A stretch of DNA of 64,000 bases from Takakia lepidozioides (taxonomy: Eukaryota; Plantae; Bryophyta): assembly GCA_030704615.1 (NCBI GenBank), contig CM060733.1:35464001-35528000 (forward strand). Reading direction: 5' to 3'. The position numbers and the translations under genes were made by a program. This document shows, in pieces, positions 38,625 to 50,606 of the stretch. The notes below the pieces were generated by a model. The model worked only from the letters and a program-made list of their open reading frames with translations, was not told the origin of the DNA and ran no database searches. Each line of letters starts with the position of its first letter. Position 1 is the first letter of the stretch.

Positions 38625-39253
38625 CTGTGGTGCCGCATCATACGTATTTATATGATGTGAAAATCATGTTACAGAGGGATTCACAACTCCGTTCATGGTT
38701 TAACATGGCCTGGAACAACTTGAGCAACGAAAAATGGCATATTGACCACATTTTTAATAAGGAGCAGACAGCTTGGCAATACCTATACTGCTCCAAAGTT
38801 ACTGGCACACCTCTCACCTATACTGAGAAGGAATTGTTGAAGTTCAATAAACTTTCTTTCAACAGGTTACACAACGCTGTGAAGCTTAAGAATCCTGACA
38901 TGGTGGGGCCACACTGTATGCCAATTTTCATTCCAGAGAAACCAAGAAAGGCAAGAAGACCAAAAAACTGCAGGACTAAAGCAGATTCGGACACAACAGT
39001 TGAATCTTCAGAACAGACTCTTGACATATGGGAGGAATATGATCAAGCACTGCACGACAAGAAACGACGGGGATCTCCCACACCAGAGCCATTACAGCCG
39101 GTTCAGTCAAAGGGCAACAAATCAGGTTCAAGTACAGCTCAAGCATCTCCAGCAAGCAGTCATAGAACTCGGGCACGTAAAGAGACCCCTCGAAGGCACT
39201 CTCACAAACAGACAGGACCACGTTCACAAAGATTTACTGATCCTAAGCAGTAA
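38625..39253 (+). pseudogene. Distal half of the interrupted accessory ORF
   Basis: Homologous to the C-terminal half of 32265-33323 (PDMVG.HCMP, KKRRGSP, RSQRF). Confidence 0.75.
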
Positions 39254-39274
39254 ACCGTGAGGACACGGCTTTTT

Positions 39275-39288
39275 GAGAGGGGAAGGGG
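39275..39288 (+). promoter_or_regulatory. Polypurine tract
   Basis: GAGAGGGGAAGGGG immediately before the 3' LTR. Confidence 0.9.
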
Positions 39289-39291
39289 TAA

Positions 39292-40166
39292 TGTTAGGAG
39301 GCAGTCTGGGACTTAGGCATTTTTTATGGGTTCTGTGGAGTCTGGGACTTAGACACTTCTATGGGTTCTGAGGGGTACCCTTAATTTTTTGAGATAGCCC
39401 GTCACAGCCATACACAGCCCGTCACAATCAGTCACAGCCCGACACAGACACAGCCCGTCACAGTCAGACACAGCCCGACACAGACACAGCCCGTCACACC
39501 CATACACAGCCAGTCACAGTCTGACACAGTCGCATAGTCAGTCACAGCTGTCACAGTCGTAGGGAACGGTTATCATGACAGGGAAGACTGTGGGGAACAA
39601 ACATCTGCCGGGGAACATGTAATTCACGGAGGACGGTTAGTGAAGGAAAACGGTTAGAACAGGGGGAAGGGAGAAAGCGGCGAGCGGAGAGAAAGGGACA
39701 TATACTTTTTGGGACGAAGATCACTCCTGGGGGGAAAAGGATGGAGATCGGAGGAAGGGAAGCTGGCGAGGAGGAAGGAGATACTATAGGACAGAGTTAG
39801 TACGAGAGGTAGGTTTACTTAGAGGGATAGATTAGAGAAGTTAGGACATCAGCATGTATCCGATTATGATTAATCTGATTCTCATCCGATACAAACACCT
39901 TGTGTTGAGAGACTTGAGTGAAGCTGTGTATGAATGAAATCAGGAGGCCCAAAGAAGCAATCTGACGTTTAAAAAGATACCTGGTCAAGATAAACAGGGA
40001 ATATAAACTGATAAGGAATGTAATTGGAAACCCAACAATGATTCACTAGCTGCAGGTCATGACTGATTGTTTTACGCGGGCTGAATGCTTAGAGATATCC
40101 AACTCTTCTATCTTGGAGTTTCCCCCTCAGATAGCGAAGGGATGGGTGAGTAAAAGCCGTGTGACA
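39292..40166 (+). repeat. 3' LTR
   Basis: TGTTAGGAGG...GTGACA followed by the TSD GTGGC. Confidence 0.95.
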
Positions 40167-40762
40167 GTGGCAGCCTAGCCCTTCCAAGCATCAGAAAAAA
40201 CCAAGGGGAATGAGCTGTCTCCGCCGGCGGAGACGGTTGTGTGTATGTGTGGAGATTCGCAAACTTGTGAGAGTTGAAGTGACTTAGGCATCTGCGCCGG
40301 CGGAGGTGCTAGATTAGGAACAGCTTGGTGGGGCTTATGCGATGGCGCATATGCCTAAGTACATGTCATGAAAAAAAACAAAACTACAGCTTACCTTCTC
40401 CGTCCGCAGCTTGCCTCTACCACCACCACCACTAGCAACGCCTCCCCCTCGAGTGTCCTTCTTCCTCCCCATCGCCGCAACAGCTCGTTGCCTCGGGGTG
40501 GTATAGTATAAGGCCGAGATGCGGCGCCTCCGTCTCCTCTTCGCAACGGGAGTCTCCAGGGTGTAGAGACTAGAGATGTGTTAAGTGCTTGTGTAGTTTG
40601 TGTGTGTTTGTTTGGGGGAGTGGCAAGGGATAATGTGCAAGTATACTAGACTACGTTAGTGTAGTAATGATACCGGGTTAGTCATGTAGTAATGGCAACA
40701 AGTTTAACTGAATAGAAGCAGTTTATTAATAGAAAAGTAGAGGTTGTTTCATTGAATAGACC

Positions 40763-40828
40763 ATGGCTTGTTGGTAAGGTTGTGGTGTATTTTCCACTAG
40801 GTTGCGGGTTCAAACCTGCCCCCGCCAA
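40763..40828 (+). promoter_or_regulatory. Degenerate tRNA-like Pol III A/B-box element
   Basis: TGGCTTGTTGGTAAG ... GGTTCAAACC ... CCGCCA with tRNA-like spacing; no convincing cloverleaf. Confidence 0.35.
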
Positions 40829-41525
40829 GGAGAGCGGGGGGAAAGGGGGGCGAGGGCGAAGGCTAAGGCCAAATTGGCCAAATCTGAAATGTAAACCTTT
40901 TTTATACACTCTGGCGTTAGTGCTTTTTGGACTACATGGGTTACACGTGGATCCTCGGAAGATGGTTGTACGATTGACATGTTACTTTGTGGCGGCGCCT
41001 TCATAATACAATATAAAGTAAGTGATAAAGTAACTAAATATTTTGTTATGGGTGTCTTAATCAATTTATTGGTTTTAGAGTCAATTGTCGCCACAAATAC
41101 TTGTACTCATTACTCATACATGAGTAATCAAAGAACAAATCAACATACATGTCATGGGATTTGATTGTAAATAAATTGTGCCGTCTAGTGTGTCAGTTCA
41201 TAGTTGGACGATTAATCAACGATTGGTTGTAAAATAAATGGAAACATGCAGAGCATTTATGTTTCATATGCTCATAAGAAGAAGGCAGTACATTGGATTC
41301 TAAGATCTCAACAACGGCGCCGTCGTCTTAAAATAGGGGATAGTCCATTTAGTTGTTTCTGTCAGAGAATAATATGGATGGAGCACATGCCTCAAAAAAT
41401 TTGGACCTTCTGGATTGATAATACACATAAGTAATGTAAGCCATTTAATGTATTTGCATAAGGTCTTGCAAGATGTGCGCTTTCATCATTTTGCATCTTC
41501 TCTCAAACTTTGAGGGCATTACCAA

Positions 41526-44500
41526 ATGTCTACACCAAAATATGCAGTGCTTTCATGTCCACCTGATGCAAAAGTGGTTCGTTATCCTTGCAATGGAAAC
41601 AAGTGCATTATCCCAGAACCTTGGTTATGCAATAGATTCAAACTTGTTCCGGGTTCAGTTTTTTTGGAGGATGATGGAGATGATGATGCCTCCACAGTGT
41701 TGCTTCCAGTTTTCAATGACGGCCAAAAGCAATGGGAGTTGTTTCCAGACACTTTCTCCAAGTACCGTGTCACAGGTACGAGCTATACACAGTCACATGA
41801 TGAGAGGCACACTTCTATTGCAAGAAAGAACGATCAAGCTGCAACAAATGGGAGTTGTAAATTGAAGGAGGAGGTTGCAGATTCGGCAAGCTTGGGGTCT
41901 CATAATTCGGATTGTGTTGAGGTTTCTAAGAGTGTATTTTGTGGATCTCAACCTTCCTCATCTGCTCATACGGTCTTGCTTCACGACATGAAGCCTCGGA
42001 AAACTCCATTGGACAACACCACGTCTGATTGTTGCGAATCTGCGAGGGGTTTATCTTCATCTCCACGACTAGCAGGGGAGGCTACATCTACATTTCCTTC
42101 TGGTGTGTTGTCCATTTTGAGTATCTTGGCCATTGCTCGGAGGAATGGATCAAAAGGAGAGCTTTCTACCTTGGACTATAGTCACATTCCAGTGCGTCGT
42201 GTTCGGTGTCTTCCTCGAGCTTTTGATGGAAAAGTGATCCACGAACTCCCCCCCGTGGTCAAACTACGTACGGACCGTGGTTCACAGTCCCTCCAAGGCA
42301 TGGACCGCAAGTTTGATGGTCATCCTTGGTGCAAGACCAATACCTACAATATGTCTGGTGTTCCAGATCATGTGAAATGTAGTAAGATTCTTTGTGTTGG
42401 AAAGCTCATATGTCAAAGCAGCACTTGCCCCTTCTTCAAGAAAGAAGGAGAACGGAATGACCGCTATTGGGAAGGCAATGCAGACAAGGTGTTCATTGCA
42501 GGAGCCCAAGTTCCATTCAACTAGTTCAAGTGTAGTTTCTGCAAAGAAAGACCTTTCTGTGAGGCGCATTGTGGGGCAAGAATGTACTATGTCACAAGTT
42601 CCCTTCCAACATATACACGTGTTGCAGTTCACGTTGGGTTTCATAACCATCCATGTGCCAAGGGCGAGAATAGAGAGGCTGCGGAAAATGCATCAAGCAT
42701 GATTCAAGAGCACGTTAAGATGAAGCCATGGTCGACCCCTGGAGCTATTTCCTTGTCAATGGCACAAAAGCTCTTGATTGATCGAGTTTTTGTGGCTGAT
42801 GGCACAGAGACAGTACGTCTTGAGGGAGAGGCTTTGGAAGATATTCTTGAAGAGTTTGCCCATGTTTGTAGCCAATGTGAAAAACAAGGTCGCATCTGCA
42901 CGTGTCAATTCCATCATGTCCATATTGGAGTTGAAGCGTCTGAGTACATACCATTTCATTCACAGCAATCTCCTTCCAGGCCAGCATACTTCTCATCTCC
43001 CCCATGTTTTCAAGATGTCTGTTGCTGGTCCCGGGAGTGGTGTTGATCTTGTGCGTCGCATGAGTGAGGGGGATCTACGCACAAGTTGGGTAGTATTTGA
43101 CCATGTCAAACGCATCAAGGATTGGATAACTCTTGCGTGTCATGTCTATGAACCATATGTCAAGCGAATGATGACCATTGCCATTTGCGATATGAAAACA
43201 GAGGATGCAGATGCTCAGGTGTTATTCTGGGAGATGATCAATGAACAAGCAAAACTTGCTGGCTTGAACAAACCAAATTTTGCTGGCTTCATGGCAGATG
43301 CAGCAGGAGCGAATTGGGCTGTTGTTCGAAGGGTTTATGGATCTGATCCCAATGTCCCATTGGAAGGTAAAGAAAGAACATGTTTATATCATTGGGCTGA
43401 AAAGCCTCCGAAGACACACAAACGACTATATCTTGGAGGACTTCCGTGAAAGGCACACTCAGCTCTGTTATGAATGGAAAGATAGTGCTACCTTGGAGGA
43501 TGCTACAACCACATACATTGCAATTCGGGCTTGGTGGCTCTCTTCAGGAGCATGCACAGAAAAGAGTTTGCCAAAACTGGATTCATGGCTTGCATGGTGG
43601 CACTACAGATATCGAATGTGGGGCCAATGGATGAGAGAGGACATGGATGTGGAGGCAGATGCAGATATGCCTACCACTAATTTGTCTGAGGTAGTCCATT
43701 CTGCTTGGTGGAAGACAGCAGGCAATGGGAAAAAAATGAAGGTGGATCTATATGAGGCCACCATGCATGACATGTCACGAGCTCTTTTGTAGCAGGCAAC
43801 ATTTTACAGGCACACCACAGGAAAGACATGGGGGACAGGGCCCGACAAAGAGGAGCTCATGTTGCGTCAAGCAGCTAGATCTAATAGCCCAGCAAAAATG
43901 GGTAAGGTTGTACGTGGCATAGTAGCTGGAACACCCATGCACACAAGGGGGGTTCAATTGGAGGGAGACAATCGCACTATTCCAGTCAAACGCAAGTTAG
44001 GCGATGAGCATGGTGGGCCAAACGAATCTTGGAGGTGTGATATGAATGTAAAGACTGTTCCAGTGCGCGCCACTGGGATGCCCAGTCCACACCAGCCATC
44101 TAGGTTTGTCAGCTCCAAATCAAGTCATGACATTCCTGGTTCTTCAACTTTCTGTGAGACAAATCCAAATGTTGCTATCCCTCCTCAGCCAATGCAATGG
44201 GGAAATCCAGTGAGAGAGACACAACACTTTTCCGATGCATTGTTCAGGATTCAGCGGACAGGTCCTGCTTCCATGGTTCGTTGTTCTGCCTTGGTTGGAG
44301 TTTCCAAAGATAAATGCAAAGCGCTCATCAGGAAAGGTAAAGGAAGTCCTGCACCTTGCTTCACTGGCAAGTTACTAGCACCGAACATGAAATAACCAAA
44401 ACTGCAAGTTTTTTGGTTTTGCCCCACAAATGTTTTGTCGTGTGTTGGAGGGACAGTGCCATCCTATTGCTTGGGAAAACCGGGTATACCTAACGTGTGG

Positions 44501-45067
44501 CCTGTGAAGGTTGGAACCAACCTTACACAAGAAGAGGTGGACAACTTGACCCTTGCAGGTTTTCGACTAGTCCATCCTCCCAACGTTCCTGATCCGAACT
44601 TTCCTGTGGGACCACTTCCAGTGGAACAACATATTCATCAAGGTGTTGTCCTTCCTGTGGGTAAGTATCCCACTACACGCTATGGGGTGCGCATTCGGCG
44701 TCGGGATCCGACTCCTCGACACTTGAGTCGCCAAGAGTCAGCGGAGACTCTTATTGCTGAGGTTCGTGGATTCAGAAACGTGCCTCAGCCAGGTTATGGG
44801 AGAATTTACCAACTACAAACAGAGGGATCTACCAGAGCAGGATGGGTTTACAATGTATACATTGGTCAGTTTACATCTTGTGATTGTCCCGACTTTGATG
44901 AGCTATCTGTCAAGAAGAAAAAACAAACATATCTACCTTGTAAGCACATGTACTTCATGTACAACGTGCATCTAGGATGCGCCAGGGCTTATGAGATCCA
45001 CCAACCTTCCCTTAGCCAGTTAGAGGTTAGGGCTATGCTAAAGAAGGACCCTAGTTCAACTTCTTAG
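41526..45067 (+). pseudogene. MULE-like transposase family B (GCM-like, DDE, SWIM), multiple stops and frameshifts
   Basis: MDRKFDGHPW, VVFDHVKR, FMADAAGANW, CLYH, MPTTNLSEVVH, SCDCPDF...CKH. Collinear with family A but lacks its intron. Confidence 0.88.
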
Positions 45068-45155
45068 TGACACATGAAATGCACAAAAAAAGAACCTCTA
45101 ACTTGTGCCGTTCATTTTCATGCATGTGACATGTAATTATCTTGTTACTACTTTA

Positions 45156-45381
45156 TTCCAAACATGACACATAGCATTGGTTAGTACAGAAGTTCCTATT
45201 TTGGTTAAAATGGAACTTGTGTACCTGTCATACAAGTTTTCAAATTATAGAACTGCTTGGCATTACAAACAGACATGCAATGTGGTGGTTCCAAACATGA
45301 CACATATGCATTTGTTAGTACAAAAGTCCATATTTTGGTTAATATGAAACTGTTTTCCTTGAATACAAGTTTGCAAACTAT
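45156..45381 (+). repeat. Two ~93-bp degenerate direct repeats flanking a captured family-A transposase fragment
   Basis: TTCCAAACATGACACAT... starts at 45156 and 45289. 45247-45291 matches 53186-53230 at 44/45 positions. Confidence 0.85.
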
Positions 45382-45674
45382 TACTTTGGCCAGGGATCTT
45401 GTATTCTCTTCAGTTTAAGGTGGTGCATTAGTTGGAGTTAGTGGTCACATGCATCTTTGACCATTGACTACTGATTTTGTTAGCTAAGATTTTTATTTTA
45501 TTTTTTTCTATATACATATGATGTAACATTTGCATATGCAATAAATACGTCGTATTCTATGTTATATAACTCCACTGCATACAATCTACAATGTGTGCAT
45601 ACAAATTTGTCACATGCATATATAATAAGGGATTTTGTGCATTGCTAATTCATACTCCTCTGCCATGTCAAAAT

Positions 45675-45775
45675 CGCCCTCCACTGAGCTGTGACTGGCT
45701 GTGTAAAGCTGCGTCGGGCTGTGTCTGGCTGTGCCGGCTGTGTCAGGCTATGTGAAGCTGTGTTCTCTGATAAGG
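45675..45775. repeat. GGCTGTG-rich gypsy LTR-like remnant
   Basis: Same repeat type as in the LTRs at ~31835-32100. Confidence 0.5.
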
Positions 45776-46204
45776 CTTGGGATGAGAGAGTCCATCGGGA
45801 GTGGAGCGAGTTTGACAAACGTTACAAACGTCACTCCCGCGGCCACCGAGGAAACTTGTAGTAGGGGATGGTGATTAGTCATGTACACATATTGTGGCCC
45901 CTATTGTGGCATCGGTAGGGATTGGTGATAGGGTTTAGGTTTTAGGGTGAATGTGCCAATGTACATTTTTTGGGGGGTGCTATTCTGTGAGCCCGGAGGC
46001 GTGAGCCTGTGAGCCCAGGAGCCCATGAGCCCACGACAGGCTCACGCCACGTCAGCGTGCATACAGGGCCTATTTCTGCGGGTGTCACCTATTACCGCGA
46101 GTTGATCAGCCATTTCCAGAGAATGCAGACTGGATGTGTTTCATCCATTGTATCCATCTTTTCTATCCATTGCATCCATTTAGACGTTATTAACATACCA
46201 AGCC

Positions 46205-46500
46205 CTTGCATTGGAATGTGGCTACGTCGTGAGCATGTGCACCCTCACATCATCCAAAGCGGATTCATGCGACATGTTTTCTTACTCACCACCCTTGCGA
46301 ACATGTATAGTATGTGCGGGAGCATCATAGATGCTCACCAGAAGAATGCCTGAACGATCTTTGATCACGTGGACTTTAACGTGATGGATTTACTAAGCAT
46401 TCTTCTGGCAGGAATGGTTTGGAGACCAACGAGCAAATGATGCGAGAATGCTTTGCCCAAACCAAAGACGTTTGTTTGTTTTTGCAATGCACACAAGCCT
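46205..46500 (+). pseudogene. Captured PLS-class PPR gene fragment
   Basis: VHPHIIQSGFMRHVFLLTTLANMYSMCGSIIDAHQ, followed in shifted frames by IFD and QMMREC..P.KTFVC, typical of plant PLS-PPR repeats. Confidence 0.6.
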
Positions 46501-46682
46501 GTGAGCTCCGGAAAACACTGAAGAGATTGAAGGAACAATCCGGGTAGTCCATGCAACCCCCATCTCCAACGATAGTTTGTTCCCAGGAATTTGCATCCCA
46601 TGCACACATTGCAAACAGGACAACAAGGACACACAACCATCCCATTTCAAAATTGGCCCAGAACAAAAGTAAGAGAAAACTT

Positions 46683-48550
46683 GATATCAAGTGTCACAGT
46701 CATCAGAATCATAATCGACCTCCTGTGCTATGTCATCCACAAAGATTCCGGCCCCAACACCACATCTTCTACCACGGCCGTCGCTGGTTGGACTGCGAGT
46801 GCCATGAACAGACATGCTTGCTGCGAGTGCCTCCGCATAGACAGGAGCATGTAAGACTAAGGAGGACTTGAAAGAAGTCCAAAAATATGTGATAGCCCTG
46901 GAGGGTCAGTGGAAGCACATAGACTCCTGCACAAGTCGACAAAAACCCATTTTGAATACAATGATGCAATGCACAAGTCCAACCAAGAGGATGTCTCCCA
47001 TGTGCACTTTGCCTTAAGAACAGTGATTATGGGTATTGAAACAAGAATGCAAGCATCCACAGCTTGAACTTACTCACATGCAAAGTCGGAGTCTAGCTCC
47101 TTGTCAGACGTCTCCCCTGTATCAATATCACCGGGAAGGGGCTTCGGAAGGACTTGAGAAGTGTGTCCTCCCAAACCCATCAGGAGGTTCTTGTAAATTT
47201 TGGCATGCCCTTCAATCCCGAAGAGATGTCGCGCACTGGCCTTGCAAGCGTGGTACAAAGCACCTACAATGGAATAGAAGGAAAGAAACAGACATTGAAG
47301 ACTCATTTGGAACGGTGGGAAGTGCTGAAAGTGCAAGCTCAAACAAACCCAATCAAATGTGAATGTTGAAGAGACAAACATGTGCCCATTGACAAATCCA
47401 GAACTCTGGCATCGGTGTAGGTGCAGCACTCCACAATCATTTGAATGAAAGCCGGGCTCCTCTCCCTGACCCCTCCAAGTAACCCCATTCCCCCTTCGCA
47501 AGCACACGTTGTTGTCCATGTAGTTGTGGTGCATGTCATCCGTGGGAGGATCTGTCCTCTCGTCTATGAACTTGCCCCCATGAGTGATGGCGAACTCCCT
47601 AATGACGGTTAGAGTCGTAGGTGGATGCACTCGGACGAGACAAACTGCTTCAAACAAACGAGTCTACGAATAGGACATCCACAAGGAATCAAGAAGCTCG
47701 AAAACCAGGCCCCTACATATTCATTTGAGCGACTTATGCAACTCCATCCAAGAACCACCAAGAAGAGGAATAAGAAGGCAGATTTACCATCTCTCCCGGA
47801 TGATCCCCCTTTGTTAGGTACATGCTGTTCACACAATTCCATGTCTTCACGACCCTCCTACCAGAGGCTTTCAAATAGCTAGCAAGTGCACGGCAACAAC
47901 GAAGCTCGATGGACTGGATGAGCCCCAAAACACCTGCATCGGACAGAAAAAAATTGCAAAAGGAGAAAACCCACCACCAGAAGACCCATCATGTTCCCGC
48001 CACAATCCAACACCATCGTTTGAACACAATAATGCCACTCTTTCTCCTTTGAGTGCAGCCTCCCAATGACAGCCATCCATGCAAGCAACCGGTGGTTGCC
48101 ATCCCATACGTGGAACATCCTACCTGAGAATGCTTGGGTCGAAGGTTTCCTGGAGAGAAGAAGTTCAAAGGATTTGTTCACCTGTCTCCAAATGGGATCC
48201 CAAGAGTCCACAATTGATTCATCCACAAGGAGCTCATTACCTCTGGAATCCCTAGTGGAAACGTAAAAGATTGCGGATCCATCCAAATACCCATGAACAA
48301 ACACGGCCTCCAGCTTCTGGATATCCTTGATGAGGGGTGGACGAACGATGGGCATGGAAACCAACCTACACAGGGAAATCTTCAACCTCCCACCTGGGGC
48401 AAGCATGCTTTGCACCACAAGCAGAGAATTCACCTTCTGACCCCCCAGCATCTCCGCGGCTTTGCTTTCATAGAACTCATCGTCCACATCAAGAATGATC
48501 TCCTTCTCCTGCCCTGAAGTGTTGTCATCAGCCACCCTTTGAATCTTCTC
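46683..48550 (-). pseudogene. ParB-domain/methyltransferase gene, family D, internally deleted
   Basis: MFHVWDGNHRLLAW, then directly the MTase C-half (RERSPAFIQMIVECC...RVLDLSMGT; HACKASARHLFGIE). The last exon (PVYAEALA) is like A/B. Middle exons and motif IV are missing. Confidence 0.78.
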
Positions 48551-48739
48551 CTGCAGGGTTGTTCATTCAATTTCACATAAGAGAGAGGACATGAACAAAG
48601 TGCGGTGCCGAAGACTACACAGAGCTCAAACACATACCTTTTCCGTGTTTTCAATATGCTTCAAATGTGATTCAATGTTTAAAAAAGAATAAAGTTGGCT
48701 TCCTGCTACATCAAAACATGTCGAAGTACAAAGGGCACA

Positions 48740-49765
48740 AACAGCGTGCTTCCAATTAGGGGTGTGTTGGCACACTGGCCCTGTTTGGCCCATATTGACA
48801 TAAAAAAATAGGCACAGAGGGGGGCACAGACAATGTGCATTGCGCACACTCTTTGGTGCTTCCAACTACGGGTGTTTTGAACATGGTACACTGGCCCTGT
48901 GTGGCACATTTAGACATCAAACATGGCCCATTTTTAAATCAAAAAATAGGCTGAGAGGGGTGCACAAACAGTGTGCGTTGACGCACAATGTTTGGTGCTT
49001 CCAACTACGGGTGTTTTCAACTCGGCACACTGGCCCTGTGTGGCCCATTTAGACATCAAAAAACAACTGGAAAGAGGGGCACAAATAGTGTGCATTGACG
49101 CACACTATTTGGTGCTTCCAACTACGGGTGTTTTGACCTTGGCACACTGGCCCTGTGTGGCCCATTTAGACATCAAAAAAGCAAGCATAAAGGGGGCCCA
49201 AACAGTGTGCTTTGAAGCACACTGTTTGGTGCTTCCAATTAGGGGTTTTTTGACATGGCATACAGGCCCTGTGTGGCTCATTTTGAAATCAAAATACAGG
49301 CTGAGAGAGGGGCACATACAGTGTGCGTTGACGCACACTGTTTGATGCTTCCAACTATGGGGTTGTTTGACATGGCATTCTGGCCCTGTTTGGCCCATTT
49401 ACACATCAAAAAATTAGCATAAAGGGGAGCACAAACAATGTGCTTTTAAAGCACACTGTTTGGTGCTTCCAATTAGGGGTTTTTTGACATGGCATACTAG
49501 CCTTGTGTGGCCCATTTGGACACCAAAAAATAGGCTGAGATGGGGGCACAAACAGTGTGCATTGGCGCACACTGTTTGGTGCTTCCAACTATGGGATTTT
49601 TTGACATGGCATTCTGGCCCTCTGTGGTCCATTTTAAAATCCAAACCAGGCTGAGAGAGGGGCACAAACAACGTGCGTTGACACACACTGTTTGGTGCTT
49701 CCAACTACGGGTGTTTTGAACTTGCCACACTGGCCCTGTGTGGCCCATTTAGACAAAAAAACCTA
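48740..49765. repeat. ~117-bp tandem array, ~9 copies (family D intron 1)
   Basis: Unit carries TTGGTGCTTCCAA, CTGGCCCTGTGTGGCCC and the hairpin CAGTGTGCGTTGACGCACACTG. Confidence 0.9.
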
Positions 49766-50009
49766 TTAGAAAGGAGGTTTGCTATTTCATGAGCATGAGC
49801 GGCATGAGCGGCATGAGCAGAGTAGTAACACAATCGGTTTTCATGAGCAGAAGTACAAATTTCGAAAATAAAAAACAATAAAAACAATAATTTAATGCAA
49901 TGTGTCAGGAAAAACAAATATATTATTCGGCCCCTTGAAGGGAAAATTGCACTTTTGACAGTTGTGCTCATGAAATTTCGTCTTCCGCTCATGCCAATTC
50001 CCAGCGACA

Positions 50010-50460
50010 TGTGCAAATATGGCGCCGAATTTCGCGGTAATAGGGTCCGTAACCTGAAAAAACGGCGGCGTATTTCGCGGCAATAGGTCTGTCTGGCGAA
50101 AAATGGTGCCGAATTCCGCGGCTATAGGTCCCCTCATGACAGGTAATTCGGCGCCATTTTTCCAGTGCATGTTCGGACTTAGCCAGTTTTCGGCGCAAAA
50201 TAGGGAAATTCGGCGCCATTTTTCCAGACACTGTACCAGTGCATGTTGGGACTTAGCCAGTTTTCGACCCAAAAAAGAGAAATTCGGCGCCATTTTTCCA
50301 GACACGGTACCAGTGCATGTTGGGACTTAGCCAGTTTTCGGCCCCAAAAAGAGAAATTCGGCGCCATTTTCCCAAACACAGGTACCAGTGCATGTTGGGA
50401 CTTAGCGAGTTTTCGGCCCCAAAAAGAGAATTTCGGCGCCATTTTTCCAGAAATGGCCCC
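50010..50460. repeat. Subterminal GAAATTCGGCGCCATTTT repeats
   Basis: About 7 copies, mirror of 9510-9960. Confidence 0.85.
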
Positions 50461-50606
50461 AGAACTGCTTCTGTTGGATCTCAGTTTGAATGGAATATTG
50501 CCTCATTCCAGGAGTTTTGGGGTGCATTTCATTACACTGCAAAAAAAAAGTCTGATACAGCAAAATGCATTTGAAAATATCCATATGGAGGATTCCGTTT
50601 GCCCCA

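Larger units (their letters stand above)
19870..40166 (+). mobile_element. Full-length Ty3/gypsy LTR retrotransposon (non-chromovirus, Athila/Tat-like clade)
   Basis: TG...CA LTRs at 19870-20704 and 39292-40166. 5-bp TSD GTGGC on both sides. PBS, PPT and domain order PR-RT-RH-INT. No chromodomain seen. Confidence 0.97.
14722..40472 (-). pseudogene. ParB-domain/beta-class DNA-methyltransferase gene, family B (multi-exon)
   Basis: Exon 1 ~40472-40395 (MGRKK...TEK|GTAAG). Exon 2 18670-18027 with MFHVGDGNHRLQAW. Later exons align with family A at shared intron positions. MTase motifs VDMIIVDCPTG, LLDDNGCLV, RSPAFMQVLLETCSPPGSRILDLTAGT|GSTFIAARESGRHVFGLE. Contains stops and frameshifts. Confidence 0.8.
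13788..45660 (+). mobile_element. MULE-like ParB-MTase transposon family B (degenerate; ~11.6 kb without the nested retroelements)
   Basis: Same divergent two-gene layout as family A. The left boundary GAGGTAGCC cuts the family-C ORF. The right boundary ...ACTCCTC precedes unrelated LTR-like sequence. Both ends have TGCATA-rich subterminal DNA. Ends are approximate and no TSD was found. Confidence 0.7.
45972..49773 (-). mobile_element. MULE-like ParB-MTase transposon family D, truncated by family-A copy 2
   Basis: Terminus GGGGGGTGCTATTCTGTGAGC with TGAGC repeats aligns with the A terminus. Contains a ParB-MTase pseudogene and is cut at 49774. Confidence 0.7.

Noticed and set aside
13778-45670. 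Target-site duplication for element B
   Set aside because: The flanks (..CATTTGGGG and TGCCATGTC..) do not match, so the boundaries remain approximate.
45925-45950. Telomeric repeat tract
   Set aside because: Only 2-3 degenerate TTTAGGG units; too short to call.
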